The position numbers were made by a program, and so were the translations under genes. Below are positions 11,851 to 24,880 of a DNA stretch of 64,000 bases, piece after piece. The stretch is from contig OZ320314.1 in the NCBI GenBank assembly GCA_976226885.1, positions 37,386,001 through 37,450,000 of the forward strand, in the 5' to 3' direction. The notes under the pieces were generated by a model. That model was not told the origin of the DNA. It searched no databases and was given only the letters and a program-made list of their open reading frames with translations. How positions within the stretch are numbered: the first letter of the stretch is position 1; every line of letters starts with the position of its first letter. Origin of the DNA: Iphione sp. A-MEVVRFRX5. Its lineage: Eukaryota.

Positions 11851-14491
11851 GATATATCCGTATATCATCGCATACTAATCCTCAGACCCCACAAGGTCTC
11901 TTTGTATAGCAAGTGCACACTGGCCATATTGATACACAGATAAATTAGGTATGCCTTCTATGAATTATGAGCAGTATTCAAATATTTTTATTCATCACTC
12001 TACCTGCTCATAGAAGCTTAATGTAACAGATGTATCCCTATATGCTTTACACTCTTAAACACAGTTACTTACAGGACTGCTTTACAAGGTGGGGTAAGGT
12101 ATAGAGTAGAGTCTTGATTTCCGACCAGTGGTTTTGGTCTGGCCCAAAATGGTCATAATAGCAAGTTTGGTTGTAAATAGATAATGACTAATAATACAAA
12201 TCAGCATTTTTGTTCAATGCGATGATGCGGTCGTAAATAGAGTTTCTACTGTATATGTCATACGTGATAGACACACTAACTAGTATATACAGTAGGCTTC
12301 TTAAATTCCATCTTACATTAACGGACGCATTGAAGAAGGACCTCGATGGACTCTCAAATTGGGAATATGTGTTAAATATGAAGCACTGATACTGACTATG
12401 CGCTATACGGCCTAGTACATCGAGATGTCAGTAGATGTTATCTTTTTATATGAACATAATTTGAAATCGCAGTATTACGCATAAGTGTTGCAATAGTGAA
12501 GTTCCACCCTACATCAGTAGAAGAAAGCGTTTGATACCTAAAAGCTGCTGTCAATTATTCCGACTTTTGTGCCTAGTTATACTGAACCACAGACTCGAAT
12601 TTTTCGGTTACTCATTCCTTCCGACAAAATTACACCCTTCTATAAATCTCATGTTTCTGAACGGTGTAATCTGTAGTCTTCATCAGAAACGCGATCTGGA
12701 TGTCCATATGTAGCGAGTTGCGTGTGTATTTGTACTCCACAGTCGCCGTTCCTTCTAATGCGATTTCCACTGGGTCCGCCCGGCGATAAATAGTTTTTGT
12801 AGCTGTTCAGTTCGGAATTAGCCGATCTCCGTTCATATTACCTCTATCACTCCTAAAACTAGACTACTGTTATTGGATACAATCCCACCATAACTACTGT
12901 TAGCTTCACATATGACATCAGTGCTGAAGCCTCGCTGCTACTACTACTATTGGTACAGCTAGTAGTGTTGTGCAGTTGATTGATTTGCACCATCAATAAA
13001 ACCGTTTCTGCTCCCCTGAGCTGGCCATCAAAACGTAATGGTGCAGTATCAAGGGAGGGGGGGGGGCGTCCCTGTTACAAAATCAGAGGAGCATGAATAA
13101 TTGTATGAATAATTGTATCTTTTAATTAGGGGGGAGCAAATATCCAGTAAGAGCAAATCCGGTGTATTAAATTGGAGTATCGTGTACACATCCATAATTA
13201 AAGGCAATGGGTTACGCTGAGCCATATTATTTGATCATGCTTGGAATGTAGCTATTGCTTACATCCATTAGCAAAGGCTACTACCTGAGTAATGATGCAG
13301 GACCTCAGCCTGTTGACTGGAGTACGGATAATAAAGTAGCATTGAGGTGTTACCATCCATACAGTTACTGCAGTTGCTGCTGCTGCTCTCGCTGTTGCTG
13401 CTGCGGCTGCATGTTCTAACGTTGACACCTGGGGCCCACGAGGGAAGGGGACAGACACGCCTGCGAGTGACTTAGTCTCGCGTGTTGGAGGGAGAGAGGG
13501 AGCCAGCGAGGGAGGTAGAGCGGAGCCCGGCGGTGGTGGCAGGTGGCCGGCAATGTTTCACCAGAGCAGCTCAAGAGTCCTCAGCCGCCCGGGATACGGC
13601 GAGCGCCAGAGGGCCCGGAGAAGGTCAGTGCCAACGGTGCCAGCTGCAAAAGGGCAAGACCTACACTAGGGGGTTACTGGTGTAGTAGCAACTGGTGGAG
13701 GTGGGAGGGTGGGGGGAGGCGGAGGCAGGTCATGAAGACTAAAGAGCAGTCATTCATAGGGAGAGATCAATCGTTGGCTCACCAGGTCCTAAGGTGCGGT
13801 TATCACCGGACAGGCCAAGGCGAGGGTGGAAGACCCTTGAGGAGTGATCTAGGGCAAGGGAGAGACTGAGCCGGACGAGGAGATATAGTGGTGTGGCGGG
13901 AGGGTGAGGGAGAGAAAGGTTAGATGTACTTAAGAGGTAGAACGTACTAGGGAACACCGACGAAAGCAACGGATAGATCTTCGGAGGAGAAAGGCTTAGT
14001 TTAAGGAGAGTAAGAAAAGACAGCAATAAAGGTAGAAGGGAAAAGACCTTGATAGAAGAAAGGAAAAGTGAAGGAAAGGCACAACAATGGCTCAGAATAA
14101 GGGAGAGAGGAAGGAGTGATAAAGATGAGAAACTGGAGCAACTGAAACTGTTTATGCAATATAGACGGACAAGACAAATAGAAATAGTAAGGTTGCATAC
14201 CGCAGCTGCTGTCAGATACTGAGTATTATAGGTTGAGATGGTTTGCTAAATATTTTAAAATCAGGCAAAGACAATCAAATATTTCCGGTAGTAAGTAAGG
14301 CTGAAGTACACACTGTGATTTACGTAAAATCGTATGAACTTACATGGCAGCGACAGTGTTTCGAAAATTTTACAAAGCTAAGAAACACCTATTAAATACA
14401 GGTGTATCCTAGTGCAAGAGTCAACCAGTAGACCTCTACATCTGAGCATGTATTGAACTGTATACCTTTTAAGTACCAGTAAGCTGCCTTG

Positions 14492-14728
14492 ATGATACAA
14501 CACTATTTACACATAACCATAACTATATTATTAGTTTTTTTCACCCCTGCGTTAGGTAATTGGTACGATATAGATGTTGACGGAAGGAATCCGGAGGACG
14601 AGACCTGTCCATACAAATCAGCTGAGATAAAATTCTCAGATATTTTTGACGAAATCGAACTATACGAAGACGAAAGTCTGCCAGATCCTATGAAGACTGA
14701 AAAGACCACATTGCTTAAGCCACGGTAG
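14492..14728 (+). CDS. Short ORF with signal-peptide-like N-terminus and acidic body (MIQHYLHITITILLVFFTPALG-NWYDIDVDGRNPEDETCPYKSAEIKFSDIFDEIELYEDE...); alternatively an exon starting at 14556
   Basis: ORF track plus a hydrophobic core and an A-L-G cleavage-like site. The same DNA also forms an acceptor (ttttttcacccctgcgttag|). Confidence 0.4.
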   Translation: MIQHYLHITITILLVFFTPALGNWYDIDVDGRNPEDETCPYKSAEIKFSDIFDEIELYEDESLPDPMKTEKTTLLKPR

Positions 14729-15034
14729 AATGGACCAAATGAACCATCTCCAATAAGGGAAGGTAAATATTTCTTAAGAAAGAACCGCAGTATCCATTTG
14801 CTGCACGAGTCCGGTGGATTGGTAAAAATCCTCGTCTGGCTGCTTTAACAAGTATGTTTCCTGAATCAGATGAAGATGTAAATTGAAGACGTTAACTTCA
14901 GAGGACAGGACAGTACTAATTGAAATGCTCCGACTTTGTCATCGGTACTGAAACTGGAAGTGTCAGTGTCCCCCACCCTACTTCCCGGCGTCGGAGCATG
15001 AAAGCAGGCTACAGGAAACTAGGAACCAGCTCAG
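14556..15034 (+). pseudogene. Two phase-compatible exon-like blocks (14556-14762 and 14902-15034), each with one in-frame stop
   Basis: Donors GAAG|gtaaat (14763) and CAG|gtaagc (15035); acceptor ttaacttcag (14901). The spliced frame stays open except for TAG 14726-14728 and TGA 14949-14951. Confidence 0.35.
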
Positions 15035-18000
15035 GTAAGCATTTACTGATTGCTCGACCGAACAATAATTTGATTTGGAGACATCCTTGTCGCCCACATC
15101 AACTTCTGGTTAGATCAGCGGTCGCTTTATATTGTACATTTAATGTCAGTGATTTAAATACTATCTAACTCGAAATGCGAAATTCGGAGGATAATAACAT
15201 CACAATAAGAAATAAATCCACCGGGTTCTGATGTAGCCCCAATCCAGACTGGCATACTTTAGAGACTACATAGACCACGCTTGGGGAGGTAATTCCTGAT
15301 TATTCAGATATTGAATATACAGAACGGGTCGAATTAACATTAGGTGGTCTTTTGTAAACAATGTCAGCAAAGGGTCATTCCTGTCAGTATTTCCAAGTAC
15401 AATGTACCAGCAATCATTAACCGCCGACGGATTTATGAGAAATAACAGTAAAATTAAGCTGTAAATTTAAACTACAAATACAGCTACTGCTAAATTGTCT
15501 TTGCTGCACAATCTGACCCTTCGAATGGTGGGCGAGAGGAAAAATGAGAGCGACCAAATCGGACAAAACGCTCTGAATGTTATCAATTAGCGTGTCCAAG
15601 TCGATGGACGTAAAGGAACCGAAAAAGTGGGCAGTTACTAATAATGACAGCAATCTAAACGAGAGGTGTGGTGAAAGATAATAGTTATACAACGAAAAAC
15701 GTTTAGAGATGGAGAAAACAACCTGAAAACGAGTGCAGCACGATCATTTATAATGAGATAAAGGACTAAAGCGTTGCCATGTGGTTCCGAAGGCAATTTT
15801 AAAAAGAGCGCTCTGGTTCTGTGCCGCAACAGTAAATACCACAATGGCCGAAACCTTTCCCGTGACAGAATAGACGCTGTGAACTGTGGATTCATCGAAA
15901 CGCGGGCCCTTTTGTAAACGTGCTCTCTTGAAAATGTATGTTAAATCAATGGAGAGAGATATTAACCTGCACGTGGTGATGTGATTTCTATATTTCCATC
16001 TGCCTTCACTAAATTTAGTTTTCACTCCTTAATCGTTTTTTTCTTTACAGCAAGCGTAGATACTATTACTTGTATACACGGTCATACCGAACTCCAGCCA
16101 CTACAGGTTGTAATTATGGCGCAGTGACGTATTTTAGACTGTTTCTACGAAACAGTATACTTATTTCAGAGCGCTACCTTGGGGCTGACCCCTAAATGGC
16201 AATCTCCCTGATACTCAGTCCGATCTGGCGTGCTGCACTGAGAGCCCTCTAAATACTTGATCACCCTTTCAGGCAGGGTCTCTCCATGAGCCATCCACAG
16301 GACATCACCCACCTCAGCTTCTCCTCGTCTCACGCGTCAGCATGAAATTCGGCATTCAGCACAGAGGGCTGGAGCACAGTGAAAAATGAGCCTACTTCTG
16401 GCAATAGGTAGTATATGACAGACGGAGTGTGCAATCAGTCACATCTTGTCACCAAATTGAGAACAGAAATCCCTCATTTGGCTCCGTAACAAGAAGTAGT
16501 CCCATCAGGGAGCGTGCAAAGAAAAGAAAAGCTTAATGAAGACGTGCTTATTGTAGAGTTTCGGAAATGTAGCTTTTTTTACATTGCTGCCTCTGTCTCT
16601 CTGGTAAACTCCCTCTCCCGCTGACTTACACATCTTTAGATCCATAGACAGGGACCCGTCAAATCTCGCCTCCCCGATAACAGTCTTTCCTACCTATTTC
16701 TATGGATTTTTTCCTGGACCTGCTGCCTTACTACCAAATCTGTCTGTAATCCGCAAACGTACTTTGCACTGCCTGCCTTCGTATTATGCCATCTGCCTTA
16801 AGGACAATCTTTCCCCTTCCCCTTATTCACTGTTTTTTATGATCCAATTTCTTACTATAAAAGTGATTGAAGCCTTGCACATTGTTCCCATGACAACAAA
16901 TAGAGTTATTTGGGCAGTATTCATCCGAACAAAGCTGATCTTATGGGTGTTTCAAGACACTTGCCAAGTACAGGTATCGGTAAAGGCATAAAGCAGCCAC
17001 TCTGTTAATGCTTTGTAGTAGTGTTAAGTAACGGTTCAGATTAGATTTCATACCGCTCTCTCCACACAGCGTCCTACGTAATTGACTCAGCTATTAATGT
17101 TGCTTTCTTTAGCTGGTATGATCGAAAACATCCGTCTTGTCTCAGTATATTGTCCCAACGGAACAAATATTCAACGCCACAGTTTATTAGTTGCCAGCTC
17201 TTTCCGCTATTCCTTGACTAATGGTTTGCACACAAACTGATCTTCTTTTGATAAAACACAATATAGAAGTATAAATATCCTTCGGAGATGTATCCGATAT
17301 GAAAAAAAAAAATCAAATCGTTAAGCGACATTTTCATTTTGTACGAGATGGAAACTGCTCTTTTCTTCTATAAGCAAGTTACCTACCTACTCAAGTTTTC
17401 CCGCACGCAAAAACATTTTTTTTTCAGAAATCCATCGCTTTTTGCAATAGTATCATTCTTTGGATCGATATCTTGCGCGAAAGTTTCCACAAAATTATAA
17501 TCTTTCTTTGGTATCCAAAGCGTTACTTCAGTACATGTCTAATTTTTGGCTGTCTTTGACCAAGAGTACATTTTTAAATGTTGTTTTAATAAATTTCTCA
17601 TCCTCTCATGTTTTAATAATCCTTAGACAATATTTTCATTATTTTTCTTAGAAGTGATTTATCTCCAAGTAATAATTCAATACACTGTCAAATTACAGGG
17701 ATGTTACCTGTTCCATTCGATCCTTAGATTGTCTTGGTGTCCTCTTTACCTTCATGACACATGTAAACACATTGCATTACATCATATTATATATTATACA
17801 TTCTTTTAAATATGTCCTCCAAATAGTTATTCTAGTTATTCTGATATATTACGAGGTCCTTCATGGCTTGAAACCATATGCACTGGGGAATGCTTCCCAA
17901 AAAATAGACTCCCCATTTACCTTATTCTTAAACCTCCTTACAAGCATTTTAGACCTTAGAACTATCTGTAATTTTCAATTGGGTAAAGTGCACTTATTTC

Positions 18001-19100
18001 TTAAAAGACTTTAAATAAAAGCTAACAATTGTCTCTTAGTTTGTTATGATGATTTTCATAGTTGGTCTTTTGATAAAGTACTGCTGCTCATTGTATTATG
18101 TCGCTATCTATTAGTTTCCGATGAATCCTTACGATTTATACCTAATTTACTGAAGTTAAATCGACCTTCCTACTTTCAATTGAGCATCACTTTCCCAAGT
18201 AAGTTATTTTACTTTGGTTTTTAAGCTGTCGATAAACTGAGACAACCGTATAATGCCTGCCATATGGTCAATTAATCGTCACCTCTATGGTGCTCATAGG
18301 GCCTCTCCTTTCGCAACAGCTGTTATCAATGATAAGGACGGCTATCTAGGCTCATAGCGCTGCCTGATTACAGCAGCAATGTCCCATGAATATGACGCCT
18401 TCACGTAGACATGCGATAATAGAGCGATGCTCTTTTCACTCTACAGGAACTTTATCTACAGGCAATGTATTCATCATTGCTTGCCACATTTGTTATGATA
18501 GCTGGCAGTGTCGTTCATCTTGAGTAAGCTTTGTCGCCGACTTTCCTCAAGGACTTCAATTTCCTTAATGCGTCGCATCATTTAAAGTTCAATACCATTT
18601 CATTGCAAATCTATCTACAAGCAGTGATTTTCCTGCAGAATTGTAAAGGAAGACACCGGTTGTGATTGTTGACATCTTTTTGGTTACATTCCATATATAT
18701 TTCTTTAAACCCCTAGTCTTCCATTCAGGCAGAGACCACCACGACGAAGGTGAGGCTCGCAGGGGGTGTTGAAAATGATATTGTACATTTAAGATTTGAT
18801 TATGTGATTTTCTTTGGAGAATGTAAAATTTCGCTGGCACTTATAAACATGATGTGAAAACCGCAGTCTATATACACATGTCAGAAATTGTCCTCGTGTC
18901 TGGCGATGTAAGGAATCTTATTACATTCCATGGACTATTGAGACATGCAAAAGAACGAAGACTCTCTGCACAAAATCATGCACGCTGCTTGGATATCAAA
19001 AGACCTTTCAAATTTGATCCGTGAAAATCGAATCTTCAGGTTTCGTTTGTCAAGCAGGAGCTTGGTTAGTATTGGAATACATGTACTCAGGACTACAACC

Positions 19101-19140
19101 TTCTCTCTGTCGCTCTCTCTATCTCTCTCTCTTCCCTCTC

Positions 19141-19175
<35 letters not shown>

Positions 19176-19220
19176 CTCTCTCTCTCTCTCTTCTTCTCTC
19201 TATCAATATCTATATCTCTC
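19101..19220. repeat. (CT)n/(CTTT)n microsatellite
   Basis: Read directly from the sequence. Confidence 0.95.
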
Positions 19221-19569
19221 GTCATCCATGTATGCTCCAGTCCGTCATCATCACGTGACCATTAGCTAGCACCATGGGTTGTTTTAATATCGACACGACA
19301 TTGGCAGGGGCGAACAAATCTAAAAGAAATCGGAACCTTCGGAGTCCATTTGATGATTGAATGGGAGTGTATGACGGTGTGTTTGTACTACGGAGTGAAG
19401 GGGTGTTTTTTTTCTACATCCAGTTTGATGCATTCCACCGAGAGTAGATGTGGCACCATTAACGCATGGCTTGTCACGGTTATGACAGAAACCCACGCCC
19501 CCCCCCCCCCAAGCTGTTGTCGGGCCCCCTTCGGAAATGCAAGAGAGGCAAAGCTGCTAGGGCAAATCT

Positions 19570-19655
19570 GGCGTCATTGATTGGATGAGAGACACCGGAA
19601 GCAGCTTCGGAAGCGCCCTCGTGTGGCTTCGCCGGGAACCAAACGCATGCGTAGG
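19570..19655. promoter_or_regulatory. Housekeeping-type promoter motif cluster: inverted CCAAT, two ETS sites, NRF1-like palindrome
   Basis: GATTGG 19579, ACCGGAAG 19594, CGGAAG 19608 and ACGCATGCGT 19643 lie within ~80 bp of CpG-rich DNA. Confidence 0.5.
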
Positions 19656-20850
19656 GGAACATAGACCATAAAGCTAAGCTGAAATACCTTGGATGAGAGA
19701 TTATTCCACCTTTCTGGTAAGCTATCAAGGACAACCCAAACAAGGGCGCCTGGAGGGCATGATTCAACATCACGTACACCCTTCAGAGCACTAATTTACC
19801 ATCGACATTAGGGAGGATCTTGAGACCTTGAGACTACGAATCCTGTAAAAATCTCTGTAGTTCTTCATTCCGATAGCGAAGTGACTGAAATTGTTGCTTC
19901 CGCTTGTAAGTAACCGATGTATTTTTGGTAGGACAAGGACAAAATATATTCCTTTGACATATTCGTTTCTGAAATTGTCTCATAATTTTAGGACAGTTCT
20001 TGACGAGCGATCTGTGTATGGGTATTTCAAATAATAGACAAATCAATCGATGGGAGTCTACGTCTCACACACAATGATAGCACTGGGACGGCAAAGCCAC
20101 GAGATGTACACAGACATGCGATGTACGGTCGGATCGCGGTAACCGACGATCTGGTGAACGACAAAACAAATAAATTTAACTAATGTTTCTTCGTTCCTAA
20201 AATTCTTAAGAAGAAATGAACCTTTTATTGGATCAATAATGCACATAGCTTCTAAGAACAGAATATACGGCACAGAAAGCGGGTTCTGGATAGGCAAAAT
20301 CGGATGAAAACCAACCTATCCTCGTGCCTATCCCACAAAGCAGCGTAATCTTGAAGTCAGCCACATACATTGGTCCGTGACAATGGAATATTTTTGATGA
20401 TATCATCAAAACTACCATTGAAAGGTGAATAAAAAATCTCTGTTGAACACATCACATAACGATTTATCCATGAAGCATCATATATTCATTCATCATATTA
20501 TTACATCATATCATATACATTAGTGAACACCGTGTATAACCAAGTAAACTACACTGTGAAAACGGCTCCTATAGACAGAACAGTTAGATTCAATCTTATC
20601 TTATCCTCAGATTGCCATACAAGGTGATAATAAAGCAGAGGATACCATCCAAAGAGACAGCGCCTTGATTAACTGGCCAAGAAATTAAAAATAGCGACAA
20701 TACCACAGACCCTCTCTTCAACGTTGCAGCCGCCAGGAGATTATTCCATACACTGGTTTCACCCTGTGTGAGACAAAGAAGCCGTCCATTTGAGGTCTGC
20801 GGGTAGCGGGAATAAATATTTACCAGCACCCAAGGACCCTAACATCTTAC

Positions 20851-21083
20851 CGGACGTGCTTTCTCTGCTGTCTGTCTTTGCTTGGTTTGTATTGGCTGAG
20901 GCGCACAACAGCTAGAAAGAAAGCATTCCCTCCATCTTGGCATGGACGCAGAAAATTCCTACAAAACAGCGTGCGAGCTTTGCCGAGAGACAACGTCAAC
21001 AAATTGGCGCATGCGCCCCGGACAGGATCAACTCATTAGACGGAGCGAACAGAAAGCAAGGTGCACGATGGGAATTGTCGTCC
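20851..21083 (-). promoter_or_regulatory. Promoter and probable first exon of a minus-strand transcript
   Basis: NRF1 palindrome GCGCATGCGC at 21007-21016, ZNF143/THAP11-like TGGGAATTGTCGT at 21069-21081 (variant of ACTACAATTCCCA), CAAGATGG near 20935 on the minus strand, and donor CCG|gtaaga at 20850. Confidence 0.5.
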
Positions 21084-24000
21084 TTAAGTCCTCAGTAAAG
21101 TGCTGGATATTCCATTTCCAGTACATGTACTTCTCTTGCATTATTGTCTACTGCAGAACTACTTATCTATTCCATTTTGGAGAGTGAGTTGGTCCGAACA
21201 TTGATGATATTACATTTATTTCTTTATACATTTATAATGAAATATATATGGAAACAGATGGATGGATATGCAGAGAATTATAATAGGAATTTCACAACAA
21301 AAGATCAGGATATGCAGCCCCTTTGTCATTATAAAATATATCCCTGTATTGTACATCAGCATCTTTACCTTATTGCTGTTTTCTCAAATGTTTCCGTGCC
21401 TGTATTGCGTGGTGTGGGTTCAATCATCTTTTTAATCTATGCATTGCAATCAATACTTTGAATGTGTCATGTATTACACCACAGCCAACAGTCCAGAACG
21501 CAGTATGGGAACTACATTTTGATGCATGGTTCAACATTTTGAATGGAGCAATGCAGAACACATTGAACACGATGCACATAAACTCACCACGAACTGCATT
21601 TAGCCTGTTGCTCTTATACTAATAAAAAATTCCATTAAAGCACTAATCTATACATTCTGTACTAGTAGATGTATTTAATGTTTTCCTACTACTATCATTA
21701 TAAACAACAACAAGCTCATATCGCACCATTTCAGACCTCTAATATAAAAGCGCCAACATATTACAAATACAAACACACACATCGAATTCTAAACATCTGA
21801 GACCCACTTAAAAGGTTTTCGCAACAGGGCGACTTTAAGTACAAACAATACATTCGAATATTTTGTGATATAATCATTACTAGATGGGCCTAAATTGCGA
21901 AGTCATTATGACATATCAGGGCATGAAACTTCTGTATGTAAATACATGTATATAAGGGCCTACCTTTAGAAATTCTAAGTCTATGTTTCACTTAATTATT
22001 TACGGCCACATGAGGCAAAACTAAATAATGCAGATAGGGTCTTGAATGGTATTGTTTGATCAAGGATTTTGTTTAGTTATCAGACCACTGTTTGTCATGC
22101 TTCCACTGTCAGCTTTTGATGTATTTGCCTTCCTATTTAGAACACCAGGCATGCTGCTGGCTCACCCGGGAAATCTGGGGTCCTTCACGCGCTAGGTCAA
22201 TAGGCTATCAGGATATCTTGGGCCTCACAGTTGCCATAACTATAAGCTCAGGAACGGGAAGTCGACGTGAGAGCAGTGGTGCCCCCTCGTACCGACCTTG
22301 GAGATTAGAGGCCAGAGTTTGCCCCGTCTATTTGTTTGCAGTGCGGGTAAAATGCTAACAAAGACTAGGGGTCAACAGTAGGGGAGGCACAGTCATCTAT
22401 TTCCCACCTCTCCTCACGTACTGTCCGGCAGGTGATTTATGGTTCCTTGATCGTTTCCTCCATTGACTTCCCCCCATTGAGAACTGAACACTCTGACTGA
22501 TGCCTCTATGGCTCGTCGTCTACTGGTCACATGATGAATGCCTCCTGATAGCTACCGCATGTCTGACCTTCGCCCAAAGGTCATTTTCCAGAGAGGGCTT
22601 CAGTTGCTGCGGCGGTCGGAAGGGTGTGTGTCTGTCCGTGTGAGCGAGAGTGTTATGGTTGAGAGGAGGACAACGCAGAGGGGATAGCATGTTTAGTAGC
22701 ACGGGTAGAATGAATTTACCATGTAGGCACTTCAGCTATTAGTTTCTGTCGTTAATGCTGGTCTTTTGCTCTTTGTACTCAATGCCTCTCTTTACTTTCT
22801 ACCTACCTTGCATGATTAGATGGGTTTCCATGTCACTCTCGATTTATTTCTCATTTTGGCTTGCTTTTTGCTAGCGTAGTTTTGCCTGGATGCCAGTCGT
22901 ATACTTACAGATAGGTCCAGGTCTTTTGATTGCATACAGACGATTACTTTCTTGTCAATTTTGCCCTAAACCACTCAATCTTTATCATCACCAGCTCTGC
23001 ATTTACCCTCACCCTCTTCGTGTTTTTCCCATTCTTTCCAACTATCGCTTATCCCAGGGACTTATTTCTAATTCGTCTGCTTTTGCTTTCTTTGCTCTCC
23101 GCCCATTTCTGAGACATTTCTAAGAAAGCCGTTCACGGTTTTCTGTATGCTTCGAGACGGTTTCAGGCGTTAAAACATCGTCGTCGCTCAGTTCCTGATA
23201 ATCAATGTTCGTTTTGTTTTCTCCCCCTCTAAATCATCCTCTTCCTCATATCTCTGTTTTCAATCCTCCCTCCCAACATCTCCCCCCCTCCCTTTTCTCC
23301 ACCATTTCACTCAGTCATGCTCCCTTATCGTTCTCCTCTTTTTAGTCTGTACTTTCGCGTCCTCATCAGCCATCATGCCCAGGGCGCATCGTCAGCACTT
23401 TACGTGCTTTTGCTCATTGTTTAACATGCTTGTAAAAAAAGCATCTCACTTTTCTTGCGCGGCGCGTTTCCCCTGCTGCAGGGTTGACCGTTATACATGA
23501 TCTGGGAGGAAGAGAACAAATCCTCGCCACACTGACATGAATATAGGCAGGCCTCCTCAGAGCATCATTATGTTCACTTCGATGGGATACGAATCCAGCT
23601 CGCCCCTATGCTTTACACACAATGTCGGTGTACCATCCTCTGCCAGGTGTGCAGTTACACAACTGTCTCCCAAACCCTGAATGGCAGAGGGTAAAAGTTT
23701 GTTTAGTGAATACTTCATCAAACTGTAAGTCTTTTTATGACCCGTAAAACTTAACTGGGATGTGATTAAGACAATACAAATACTTATAGTAGCAATCAAT
23801 TAATTAGAACTCATTTGACTGTCATGCTCCATCTTTAGCCTTGTAATGGCACAGCCAAACCCATCACCAAGCATTGGCCGCCACTGGTTGGTGGTACATC
23901 TAAAAACGGTTCAAGGTTCTACGTTTCCTATATCCTATTTTCCTCGTGTATGGCAGAAGATGACTCAACAAGGTCATGTAATTATCATTTGAAACGTTAT

Positions 24001-24850
24001 AGTATGGCCCCTGTAGTACACGAAAGTGTTGAAAATGATTTTTTTAAATTCTATATGGATTTTCATATCTATACTTCTCTAAATTAAATGAATCACTGCC
24101 TGTTTATCAGGAAAACATATTTCAGCGCAGGGCGCATACTGCTTTTGACACGTGGTGTTTAATTAAATACACATAAATTTTCTGTATATCGACAGCTAGT
24201 GAATAGACTAAAGTAAACATAGAGATGTCGAATTGCGGATTATCTTCACCATGTAAAATCAATGGCAACCCTACCGGTTTAAGAAGGCATAATGTGAAAG
24301 CCAGATATATTTTATGGGCAAAGAAACGTTGGCTGAAACATTGTTATTCATGTACATGTCCCATGATGAATGCTTGGTCCTGGTACAATTTGAAATAATA
24401 CTTCAATGAGATGTGTATGTGGGCAATAAGACGTAAAATAACCCTTACTCAACCTGTGCAGATGTGTGCTGGACGACATCCAGGGACACATCCGCAGATG
24501 AAGTATAATGATGAGGGAACACTAAATGAGCAAAGGTTGGACAGATCCATTCATTTCGACGAAAATACAGTACGTTCTGCGAAAAAATGTCATCGCAATT
24601 ATTATTTAAGTCAAAACCCCTCAAGGCTCCTGTACACGAGTCACAGTGTTGGCACGATTAGAATGAATCACAGGATAGATCATACGAATAAAATGCAGTC
24701 GAGAAATATCTCTTTGGGGTTCTAGGACGATAATGAATGCGTCGTAACCATACCGAAAGACGGTAGCCAAAATAACCCTTCGGATTTGTACGAAACATGA
24801 ATGCGCAACATGGCGACATTGACTAATGGTTCATCCCTCCTCACAGGAAA

Positions 24851-24880
24851 GTCACCAGCGGGCGGCCATCTGGTGGCTCG
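24851..24880. promoter_or_regulatory. Two overlapping, oppositely oriented CTCF-like motifs
   Basis: Plus strand GTCACCAGCGGGCGGC and minus strand GCCACCAGATGGCCGCC both resemble CCACCAG(G/A)(G/T)GGCGC. Confidence 0.35.

Noticed and set aside
18447-18523. AG...GT-bounded 77-nt block (ELYLQAMYSSLLATFVMIAGSVVHL)
   Set aside because: No partner exons or recognisable homology; such blocks arise by chance.
18935-19269. ORFs rich in RE or SL repeats
   Set aside because: Translations of the (CT)n microsatellite.
22092-22700. GC-rich block with CPVYLF, suggestive of a DIRS tyrosine recombinase
   Set aside because: The catalytic R...HxxR...Y motifs were not found in any frame.
23343-23369. Minus-strand minimal hammerhead-like core CTGATGA-G-GACG-C-GAAAGT-ACAG-ACT-A (1-bp helix II, 3-bp helix III, CUA triplet)
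   Set aside because: Helix I cannot form: 5' ATGATGG faces 3' AAAAGAGG, and no type II or III alternative pairing was found. Probably chance or a dead relic.
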